From: Candidatus Iainarchaeum sp.
GTDB taxonomy: Archaea; Iainarchaeota; Iainarchaeia; Iainarchaeales; CSSED10-239
NCBI GenBank assembly: GCA_028700115.1
Contig: JAQVTI010000021.1
Coordinates: 1 to 7,496, forward strand
Reading direction: 5' to 3'
Length of the DNA stretch: 7,496 bases
This document shows, one piece after another, positions 1-7,336 of the stretch. Each line of letters starts with the position of its first letter. Position 1 is the stretch's first letter. The position numbers were made by a program, and so were the translations under genes. Under the pieces are notes generated by a model that saw nothing but the letters and a program-made list of their open reading frames with translations, made no database searches and was not told the DNA's origin.

Positions 1-2
1 TA

Positions 3-191
3 AGTTTATACAGATTAAAATCCTGGGCAAGATGGTTAATCATAATCTTTTCATTATTTAGTTTTTCTTATTCCTTTTTAGGGCTATTGACAGGAAATTT
101 TTCAGTAATTGTTGGATTTTTAATAAACGGGGTAATTGCTTGGTATTTAATATTTGATGAGCAGGTTAAAATTAAATTTAAAGGAAAATAA
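3..191 (+). CDS. 3' end of a small integral membrane protein (5'-truncated by the window edge)
   Basis: Frame-3 translation SLYRLKSWARWLIIIFSLFSFSYSFLGLLTGNFSVIVGFLINGVIAWYLIFDEQVKIKFKGK, stop TAA at 189-191. It has two hydrophobic segments, and the 'RLKSWARWL' plus 'YLIFDEQVK' ends resemble small uncharacterised prokaryotic membrane protein families. Absent from the supplied ORF track, presumably because its start lies outside the window or it is below the length cutoff. Confidence 0.75.
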   Translation, partial: SLYRLKSWARWLIIIFSLFSFSYSFLGLLTGNFSVIVGFLINGVIAWYLIFDEQVKIKFKGK

Positions 192-200
192 AAGGAAGGG

Positions 201-212
201 TTTTTTAAATAT
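201..212 (+). promoter_or_regulatory. Candidate archaeal TATA-box-like element (ttttttaaatat) for the giant ORF
   Basis: TTTAAATA-like core about 50 nt upstream of ATG 257, in the short gap after the upstream stop codon. Motif-based only, in a very AT-rich background. Confidence 0.35.
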
Positions 213-256
213 TGTGTTCTAGAATTATTTTAATTATAAAAAGTGAGTTGGTTATT

Positions 257-316
257 ATGTTAAAATATTTGAATATATTTTTTGTTATTGTGTTGTTAAT
301 GCCTTTTGCTTTTGCA
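257..316 (+). other. N-terminal signal peptide coding segment
   Basis: MLKYLNIFFVIVLLMPFAFA: Lys in the n-region, hydrophobic core, AxA-type cleavage motif AFA|EL. Confidence 0.85.
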
Positions 317-3300
317 GAACTACAACCTGTTTTTTTAGATCAAAATATACACTATTTTGGCGAAGAAATAAATTTTGGATTAGTAGGTATTATTCCCGAC
401 GATTTTAATCGTGCAGAATTTCAAATCCAATTACCTATTGGGGACAACTATCATGAAGCTACTTTGTCTTTAACTAATTTAAGTGATTATAGTTTTTCTT
501 TTCCTTTGGATTTTATATATAACGAATTGAAAATAAAATATGTATATTATAATTTTGACAATATAGAAATATTAAATCAAGAACATTTATTAAAATTAGA
601 GAAGTTGTCAATTATAGAAAATATAGGTTATTGTATTAATTCAATCTGTAATAATACTTATTTTGATGACGTGAATGCTAATGAAATTGAATTAACTACT
701 TTTCCTAAAATTAGTGATGAAAACATAAATTTTGATATATTATTAATTTTAGATGGATATATTATAGAAGAAGTAAGAAACACTAAATTACCACATTATT
801 TTGACATAAGAGCAGGAGAGTATGAAATAAAAATAACTCCTAATTATGGGGATTTAAAATTTATAACTAAGTCTTTATTTTTAAATATAATTATAATGCA
901 AGAGAATAATAATAATTTAAGAGAATATTTGAATGAAATTAAAGAACAAGACGCAGATAAAGAAACATTTGTGCTTTTAAATAACGATGAATCTCAGATT
1001 AAAGAACTAAAAACTGAGGGCGAAAAAAATAACTTTTGGATAATTGGATTAGGAATACTTGGAGGATTGATTATTTTGATTACAATATTATTTTTTAATA
1101 AACAAAAAGATAAAAACGAAAAAACAAATAGAAGAGAACTTCGTAAAAGTAGGGGTTTTTTGTTTTTCGTATTTTTTTTATTTTTAGCGTCTTTTGCTTT
1201 TGCAACACCTCTTGATGAAAAAAATGCAGAATATAATAATTTAGAAACCAAATTTAATACATTACAAGAATTATTTCCTTATCCGAAAGCATTTACAATA
1301 AGTGTTAGTAATAGCAATCCACAAAACACACAGTATTATCCAATTTTTGCAACTGGGTTGAATGACACTCAAATCCGTCCCGTTTTAAATAATAAAACCC
1401 AAAATTTGACTGCGAATTTAGAAGCAATTTATTTTTCGATAGATATAAAGAACGCAATCGAAAAATCTAAAACTAATAACAATCCTCTTTTTTTTGAGAG
1501 CGGTTGCGAACAAGTATTAGAGTGGTTTCAAGCAAATCCAATTACAGAAGATCCAAATACTTTGATTGCAAGAACGAAAGAAAATTTATTAAAGAATATA
1601 ATAATAACGGATAAAAAAAACGGATATACCGATAGAGATGTTGTATTTATTAATAATAAACTTAATGAATTAAAAAATAACAAAAAATATAATAATTCAA
1701 TAAATCCTTATGCTGATTATTGTATTTCTGAATATTTGACTAAATTAGAATCTAATCTTGGTGGGAAATATCTTGTGGAAAAAAAAATTTTATTAAAAAT
1801 AAATTATTTTGAAAAAAACACAGAAAAAATAGAAACTCAAGATGACGAAATTACAGATACTATTGTGTTTTTAAATAACAAAAATAAAGATGTTTTAGAA
1901 GGTGAATTTTTAGGTAGCGATCTTAACCATATATTTGTTGAAGTAAATTATGTTAATGATATTTTAAAAGAACAAAGTTTAGTTTTACAAGGAATACCAA
2001 CAGATAGAATTATTAGAAAAGATAATTTAATTGAAGGCAATAAAATAAGTAACTATACTATTCCTTATTTAACAGAAGGAGAAAATTTAACTATAAAATA
2101 TACGGCTCAATTAATAAATTTAGAAATAATGGATTCCGATTATGGTAGTTATTATCAATTAGAAGAGTTGCCTGTAGATTCTTCTGAAATTTATAAAAAA
2201 GGTTTTGCTTTTGTAATTCCTGATAAAAGCATAGCTGCTTTAAGAAATAAAATTATATCTAATATAGAATTAACTGGAATGGTTCGTTTAAATAATGGCA
2301 GATACGAATTAAAATGGAACCCTGAATCGTTAGCTATTCTTGCAGAAGCAAATATTAATCCTGCAAAATTTATTATTATAGATAAAAAGATAATAATTAA
2401 TATAGGTCCAGAAAATCAAAAATTAAATTTAGGTATAGATTGGGATTACGGAATAATACTTGCCGATTCTTCTGAAATTACTTTGTTACTTGAAGAAGAA
2501 AATACCATTTATTTAACACCAAACATAACTAATTTGTATTTAGAATTACTTAAAAAAACAATTATAAAAGCAACAAGCCAAAAGAATTTAGAATTAATTA
2601 GATTACAATTGCCTATTTTTTTTATATTTACATTTAAGAAAAATGCACAAACTATTAATAATGAAGACGCATTATACTTGAAAACATATGATGAAATTGC
2701 AGATTTTCTTAAAAATACAAACCTTACTCCATTAGAAAAAAACATTATATTTAATAATTTAATTTCTTTAACTGAAGATTTTTCTTTTCCAAAACAAGGG
2801 GGTGGGCTATATAAATTTAAATATAAAACAAGATTAGTCCTTAATTACGGGCTTGTTAATTATATTGATAATCCAGAAAATATAAGTAATATTAATATAG
2901 AAAATCAATCTGCAGCAATGCCTTATTTATACGATAATGCTTATTTAGAACGAAAAGGTTTTGTTGATAAAGATTTAACTAAATTTTTGATTTTAGGATA
3001 TCTAGGAGACAATTACAGGTCTTATAATCCTGAACTAAATAAAGATTCAGCATATGATTCGTATGATTCTTATGAATCAGATTTTAAATCACAAACACAA
3101 AAAATATTTGTGGACCAAAATGCGAATGAACAAAATTGGGGGTACTATAAACAATTAATATCGTATCCATTTTATAGAACTGGATTTGAACAAAAGCCAT
3201 GTTCTTATGATAAAGTTAATTTTCCCGAATATTTCTCTGAAAGTTATTGTTCTGTTGCATATAATTTTAATTCTGAAAGTGGAAATTTTGGGACATTATA

Positions 3301-6300
3301 TAATCCAAACAATCTTAATGAGGGTTGGTTAATGCAGGATTACGACTTTCAAAATAATTATACTTCTGCATATAGATCTTTATTACTTCTTGAAGATATA
3401 GATTCTTTTAAAAACAACAAACTTACATTTAATTCAAATCAACTTAAAACATTTAATAAATTAAATGCATTTCTTAGTTTGATAGAATTAGAAGCTATAA
3501 GAAAAAGAGATTCTGGTAATACTAAAAATTATGGAACGGCATTAGTTTTATCTTATAAATTACTAGAGCTTTGGAATGGAAATTATAACGCATTAAAAGA
3601 ATATGATGATTCTAACAGACTTGGACAACAAATTTCTAATATAAATGCGGCTCTTGCGTATCAAGCAACCGTTAAATTAAAAAGCATCATTGCATCAGAC
3701 AAAATTATGAGGTTAGATGCTTATAAAAATATATATGAAACAGATTTTGATAGATTTAAAGAGTCTATTGATCCATCTGCCGGATTTTTTGATCTTACAG
3801 ATTCTGCAAGATTTATGATTACTGGTAGTTGGTTTGAAACATTTATTTTTACGGGGACTAAAAAAGATGTAGAGAAATTAGAACAAAGAGATAGAGATAA
3901 ATATAATAAATTATTACACGGCGCTTGTTGTATAGCGCAAAGATTGGGAGAATTAGAAGGTGTGTCAAATTATAAGAATTGGACGGTTGCTGAAATTAAA
4001 GATAATTACAGTCCATATTCTAAAAATAATAAAATAAAAAATGATGTTATTGGTTGGGTGACTGAAAGATCTGGGTGTAGTGGGACATTAAGAGCAAATC
4101 CAGACGATTGTGCAACAGACATATTATATTTGTATAATTCAAAAGAATATGGAAAAGACCTTTCTATTATTTTAAATGATACAAAAGAAAAAAAATCTAT
4201 AACTAATTATTTAACACAACACTATAATACTAAAGGTCAAATAAATTTAGATATTGATAATGGAGTGCAACTAAGTAGTACAGAAATAGAATTAGAAAAA
4301 GATATTGCAAAATTTAAACCCGGAACAATTGGTAGTGTTTTAAAATTTATAGATGCCGGAATTAATCCCGTGGCAATAGTTCTTACAGTGGCTACTGTGG
4401 GTATAGGTCATGGACTAGCAACAGGAACAGGTGGTTTTTTTACAAGAGTTGCGGGCGGTTTTACAGCAAAATTAGGAACTTCTACAGCTGGAAGTTTAGC
4501 GAGTACTGTGGGTGCGAGAGTAGTATATGAATTGGGGGAAAATGTAGTTATAGACGGGACATACGGAGCGTTAGCTTATAAATTGCCAAATGTTGCGGGC
4601 AAACATCCATTTTTAACTTGTATATTGTTGGGTGTTGTTGCTGGAAATTTTCAAAAACCTTTAGCTAGTTTGGATAATGCTGCAAAAATAATGACTACAG
4701 ATATAATTACAAATGCTGGTTTAAAAAATGCAGACAGTATAAAAATACAAACTGCAATAAAAGAGTCGTTAAATTTAGATTATCAAGATACTGCTGAGCA
4801 ATTATTGAAATTAAAAAGCGGAGAGTCTGCAACAGATGCATTTTTTAAAAAACTACCTAAAGTCGCGGCAGGTTCTGTTGATGATGAACTTGTTAATTCC
4901 ATACAAAAAAATCTAGTGGCTCAAAAAATTTCTGTAAGTGCGGATGTTATAAAAAAAAGTTTAGAAAATAACAATATATATTTAACAACAAGAGCAACGG
5001 CAGTTTCTAAATTTAAATCAACTAAAAGTCTTATAGAAATAAATAGAATGGTTGAAGCAAATTTAGATGAATCTTCTGATAAATTTATTAAATTAGCGAC
5101 AAACCGAACAGTGCCTGAAAGACATGGAATTAAATTTGCAAATATCGTTGACGAATTTGACGATTTAAAAAGATTCAACGAAATTGACCCAGAACATTTT
5201 GCAAAACCAACAAGAATAATATACGATGATTTTGGAAATCCATTAGGTTATGAGATGGATAAAATAAACGGGTTTACTCTTGCAGATTATATTGAAGGGG
5301 GCGGCACACTAGATGATTCTTTTTATAAGAGAATAGAAGATTCTGTCGAAAAATTACATAAGCAAGGATATGCTCACGGCGATATTAATCCTAGAAATAT
5401 AATAATTACTCAAACACCAGAAGGATTAGATTTTAAAATAATAGACCCGGTTGGCTTTAGAAAGCTTGCAGACAATGTAAATTTAAGAAGCACAACAGAT
5501 ACAATAATAAATGACGACACTATAAATGTTAGAAATTTAAAGAACTATACAACTTCTGATCAAATATATTATCAAACAAATTATGTTCCAAAAAATACGG
5601 CATCTCCAGGAATTAAATCAGGCGATTATGTAGTTATAGAAAATAGTACGACTAATAAAATTGGAAAAATACAAATAACACAAGATGGCAGATATTGGAT
5701 AAATTTTTCGGATGGTTCCTCAGGGTATTATAATGAATTAGATATTATAAATATGAAAAACCTAGATAATTATAAGAAACTAGTAGATACAAGTTATATA
5801 AATACATACACTGATGATTATTTAGGTGGACCATTTTTAGAAACACCGAAAAAATTACCAGACACATTTATTTTTAAAAGTACAAATAATTTGGATGGAA
5901 GAGAAATTATTCTTGTTGATAAATTAAATGACCCTATACTAAAAAATTTTTTGTCAGATTTAAAATTAGATTTAAAAAACCTCAGCAGGAGGGATGAATT
6001 TGGTACATTTCTGGATAAAGTATCTTTGGTTAAACAAAGAGTGGATTCTGTAATGAGTCATTATCAAGATTTGGAAAACAGAACAAATTTACTAAAAAAT
6101 ATAATTAACAATAAAGATGTTTCTGGGCAAGTTGTTCCATTAGGTTATTTTATAAATAATAATATAGGGGTTTGTAGACATCGAGCATTATTATATAAAT
6201 TAGCATTAGATGAAATAGATATTAGGTCAACAATAGTAAGAGGTTGGAAAAAAATTGATGGTCTAGATGTAAGACACTCGTGGGTAGAAATAAACGATCC

Positions 6301-7189
6301 CGGAATATCTCGGATGGTAAATGTAGAAGTAGGGGATGGATTTGAGTTAGTGGAATCTTATAAGGGTGTTGGATTTAAGCAATATTTACTTCCGGATGAA
6401 ATGTATGTAGAAAACTATGTAGGAATAAGAAGTATATCAGATTTAGGTCTTGTTGCTGACGAATATTTGCTGTTATATACTCCTCCAAAAGGCGCCGTAG
6501 CCACTGGAGATGGTTTTTTGCATAATAGGAATCCATATCAACACGGTTATAGTACAACAAAGAATTTACAAACAATTGAAATAAAAATAAATAATGCATT
6601 AAAAAATAATTATAGTTTAACTACTTTAGATGACTCGGCGTTTAATAGCGATTCGATAGGATATGCACTTAGAAATATTAATTCAGAATATAGTTCGAAT
6701 GATATAACACAATTAATGATTTATCAGCATCAAAAAATTCAGGATTATATAGATGGCGATATGATATTTTCGCATATATATAAATTAGATAATCCGGTAA
6801 GTAGGAGTTATTTAACAACAGATCAGATTTTGTCTTTAAAAGAAAGAGTGGTGGCTGATTTAAAACAACAAAATATCATTATTCGTTTGGCTGAAGACGG
6901 ATCTATTCAAAAATCATATGGTGCAGGAAAATATAGTTCATTAACGATGATTTCTAGTGGCGAATCTATAATATCAATAGAAAAATCGGCATTTAACGAT
7001 ATAAGTATATTTTCAAAAGAAATGCAAAAAAATTACGCGGTGTGGAGGTTTTCAAAACTTTACGGAAGTAAAGATAAAATTCCGGTATTTTTAATCCCAA
7101 CCCCTGATGGACAGGGCGTGAAACCAATTTGGGCGACTGAGTATTATACAGACTATTATTCTAAAAATTACAACGAATTATTCAATTAA
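257..7189 (+). CDS. Giant (~2310 aa) multidomain membrane/surface protein with protein-kinase-like and transglutaminase/EDR1-like domains; hypothetical protein
   Basis: Single uninterrupted frame to TAA 7187-7189. The ORF track starts at TTG 212, but ATG 257 directly precedes a typical signal peptide (MLKYLNIFFVIVLLMPFAFA|ELQ) and has a weak GTGAG-type SD (243-247) upstream. Contains kinase and cysteine-hydrolase motifs detailed separately. Confidence 0.93.
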   Translation: MLKYLNIFFVIVLLMPFAFAELQPVFLDQNIHYFGEEINFGLVGIIPDDFNRAEFQIQLPIGDNYHEATLSLTNLSDYSFSFPLDFIYNELKIKYVYYNFDNIEILNQEHLLKLEKLSIIENIGYCINSICNNTYFDDVNANEIELTTFPKISDENINFDILLILDGYIIEEVRNTKLPHYFDIRAGEYEIKITPNYGDLKFITKSLFLNIIIMQENNNNLREYLNEIKEQDADKETFVLLNNDESQIKELKTEGEKNNFWIIGLGILGGLIILITILFFNKQKDKNEKTNRRELRKSRGFLFFVFFLFLASFAFATPLDEKNAEYNNLETKFNTLQELFPYPKAFTISVSNSNPQNTQYYPIFATGLNDTQIRPVLNNKTQNLTANLEAIYFSIDIKNAIEKSKTNNNPLFFESGCEQVLEWFQANPITEDPNTLIARTKENLLKNIIITDKKNGYTDRDVVFINNKLNELKNNKKYNNSINPYADYCISEYLTKLESNLGGKYLVEKKILLKINYFEKNTEKIETQDDEITDTIVFLNNKNKDVLEGEFLGSDLNHIFVEVNYVNDILKEQSLVLQGIPTDRIIRKDNLIEGNKISNYTIPYLTEGENLTIKYTAQLINLEIMDSDYGSYYQLEELPVDSSEIYKKGFAFVIPDKSIAALRNKIISNIELTGMVRLNNGRYELKWNPESLAILAEANINPAKFIIIDKKIIINIGPENQKLNLGIDWDYGIILADSSEITLLLEEENTIYLTPNITNLYLELLKKTIIKATSQKNLELIRLQLPIFFIFTFKKNAQTINNEDALYLKTYDEIADFLKNTNLTPLEKNIIFNNLISLTEDFSFPKQGGGLYKFKYKTRLVLNYGLVNYIDNPENISNINIENQSAAMPYLYDNAYLERKGFVDKDLTKFLILGYLGDNYRSYNPELNKDSAYDSYDSYESDFKSQTQKIFVDQNANEQNWGYYKQLISYPFYRTGFEQKPCSYDKVNFPEYFSESYCSVAYNFNSESGNFGTLYNPNNLNEGWLMQDYDFQNNYTSAYRSLLLLEDIDSFKNNKLTFNSNQLKTFNKLNAFLSLIELEAIRKRDSGNTKNYGTALVLSYKLLELWNGNYNALKEYDDSNRLGQQISNINAALAYQATVKLKSIIASDKIMRLDAYKNIYETDFDRFKESIDPSAGFFDLTDSARFMITGSWFETFIFTGTKKDVEKLEQRDRDKYNKLLHGACCIAQRLGELEGVSNYKNWTVAEIKDNYSPYSKNNKIKNDVIGWVTERSGCSGTLRANPDDCATDILYLYNSKEYGKDLSIILNDTKEKKSITNYLTQHYNTKGQINLDIDNGVQLSSTEIELEKDIAKFKPGTIGSVLKFIDAGINPVAIVLTVATVGIGHGLATGTGGFFTRVAGGFTAKLGTSTAGSLASTVGARVVYELGENVVIDGTYGALAYKLPNVAGKHPFLTCILLGVVAGNFQKPLASLDNAAKIMTTDIITNAGLKNADSIKIQTAIKESLNLDYQDTAEQLLKLKSGESATDAFFKKLPKVAAGSVDDELVNSIQKNLVAQKISVSADVIKKSLENNNIYLTTRATAVSKFKSTKSLIEINRMVEANLDESSDKFIKLATNRTVPERHGIKFANIVDEFDDLKRFNEIDPEHFAKPTRIIYDDFGNPLGYEMDKINGFTLADYIEGGGTLDDSFYKRIEDSVEKLHKQGYAHGDINPRNIIITQTPEGLDFKIIDPVGFRKLADNVNLRSTTDTIINDDTINVRNLKNYTTSDQIYYQTNYVPKNTASPGIKSGDYVVIENSTTNKIGKIQITQDGRYWINFSDGSSGYYNELDIINMKNLDNYKKLVDTSYINTYTDDYLGGPFLETPKKLPDTFIFKSTNNLDGREIILVDKLNDPILKNFLSDLKLDLKNLSRRDEFGTFLDKVSLVKQRVDSVMSHYQDLENRTNLLKNIINNKDVSGQVVPLGYFINNNIGVCRHRALLYKLALDEIDIRSTIVRGWKKIDGLDVRHSWVEINDPGISRMVNVEVGDGFELVESYKGVGFKQYLLPDEMYVENYVGIRSISDLGLVADEYLLLYTPPKGAVATGDGFLHNRNPYQHGYSTTKNLQTIEIKINNALKNNYSLTTLDDSAFNSDSIGYALRNINSEYSSNDITQLMIYQHQKIQDYIDGDMIFSHIYKLDNPVSRSYLTTDQILSLKERVVADLKQQNIIIRLAEDGSIQKSYGAGKYSSLTMISSGESIISIEKSAFNDISIFSKEMQKNYAVWRFSKLYGSKDKIPVFLIPTPDGQGVKPIWATEYYTDYYSKNYNELFN
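1034..1096 (+). other. Transmembrane helix 1 followed by a basic cytoplasmic-like tail
   Basis: FWIIGLGILGGLIILITILFF followed by NKQKDKNEKTNRRELRKSR (strongly basic, positive-inside). Confidence 0.85.
1160..1204 (+). other. Internal signal-peptide-like segment (or second TM helix); possible alternative TTG start at 1160
   Basis: In-frame (K)SRG-F-LFFVFFLFLASFAFA|TPLDEKN. It has a hydrophobic core and an AFA cleavage-like site echoing the N-terminal one, and occurs right after the basic tail of TM1. Confidence 0.6.
4359..4654 (+). other. Gly/Ala-rich hydrophobic segment, probable membrane-associated or membrane-spanning module
   Basis: AGINPVAIVLTVATVGIGHGLATGTGGFFTRVAGGFTAKLGTSTAGSLASTVGARVVYELG...GKHPFLTCILLGVVAGN: two hydrophobic stretches flanking small-residue-rich sequence. 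Confidence 0.5.
5078..5566 (+). other. Protein-kinase-like domain (divergent, small-molecule/RIO-ABC1-like catalytic loop)
   Basis: Possible beta3 Lys in DKFIKLA (Lys codon 5090-5092), hinge-like GYEMDKINGFTLADYI, catalytic loop LHKQGYAHGDINPRNIII (HGD at 5375-5383), metal-binding-like KIIDPVG (Asp codon 5444-5446). The HGDxxPxN(5-15)xxxIID pattern is characteristic of the kinase fold. Confidence 0.78.
5609..5749 (+). other. Small SH3/KOW-like beta-barrel module
   Basis: GIKSGDYVVIENSTTNKIGKIQITQDGRYWINFSDGSSGYYNELDII: 'GD-V-I' first strand, short beta strands, YWINFSDGS-GYY pattern typical of SH3-like folds. By-eye call only. Confidence 0.35.
5996..6482 (+). other. Transglutaminase/EDR1-like papain-fold cysteine domain
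   Basis: IGVCRHRALLYKLALDEIDIRSTIVRGW (Cys codon 6173-6175) followed by GLDVRHSWVEI (His codon 6275-6277) and a MVNVEVGDG strand. This is the Cys...His arrangement of transglutaminase-like domains, with the GxCRHRALL(F/Y)K signature seen in EDR1-type members. Confidence 0.75.
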
Positions 7190-7214
7190 GCATCACCGTA
7201 ATTTGATATTTAAT

Positions 7215-7236
7215 AAGCAAGTAAAAGCTGCTTTTA
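7215..7236 (+). terminator. Weak hairpin/T-rich candidate terminator after the giant ORF
   Basis: Inverted repeat taaaagc-t-gctttta (7222-7236), alternative AAGCA/TGCTT pairing (7215-7219 with 7229-7233), with T-rich sequence further downstream (cccttttt, 7261-7268). AT-rich background lowers confidence. Confidence 0.2.
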
Positions 7237-7278
7237 AATGAGGCTATTTTATTTTAAATACCCTTTTTAATACTTACT

Positions 7279-7296
7279 TATCTATATTATATATTA
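7279..7296 (+). promoter_or_regulatory. Candidate TATA-like promoter region for psmA
   Basis: tatctatattatatatta about 55-70 nt upstream of the TTG start at 7349, embedded in the imperfect inverted repeat tatcta(7279-7284)...tagata(7295-7300). Confidence 0.3.
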
Positions 7297-7336
7297 GATA
7301 GACTTTTTATTCATAAATATCTTTAAAAACAAAAAT

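Noticed and set aside
212-256. Upstream extension of the giant ORF from TTG 212 (MCSRIILIIKSELVI)
   Set aside because: Would put a poor extension ahead of a clean signal peptide and overlap the likely promoter/SD region; ATG 257 is the better start.
994-1251. Minus-strand 85-aa ORF from the track
   Set aside because: Lies fully inside the giant ORF, antisense to its TM and internal signal segment; its composition is a mirror of that sequence, with no recognisable product.
1779-1787. 9-A homopolymer inside the ORF (also 8-A runs near 1613 and 4953) as possible phase-variation or frameshift sites
   Set aside because: Homopolymer A runs are expected in such AT-rich coding sequence and the frame is intact; no evidence for programmed slippage.
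2509-2745. Minus-strand 78-aa ORF from the track
   Set aside because: Antisense shadow ORF within the giant coding frame; hydrophobic by composition only, no family resemblance.
3044-3082. Short DSAYDSYDSYESD degenerate repeat
   Set aside because: Only a few near-copies of a 9-nt unit; local low complexity rather than a structured repeat array.
4921-5178. Minus-strand 85-aa ORF from the track
   Set aside because: Antisense to the start of the kinase-like region; no independent coding support.
6375-6599. Minus-strand 74-aa ORF from the track
   Set aside because: Antisense shadow ORF within the giant gene; no support as a gene.
7279-7300. Inverted repeat tatcta...tagata as an operator or CRISPR-like element
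   Set aside because: Only 6-bp arms of pure AT-rich sequence overlapping a probable TATA region; not distinguishable from background, and no spacer-repeat pattern exists in the window.
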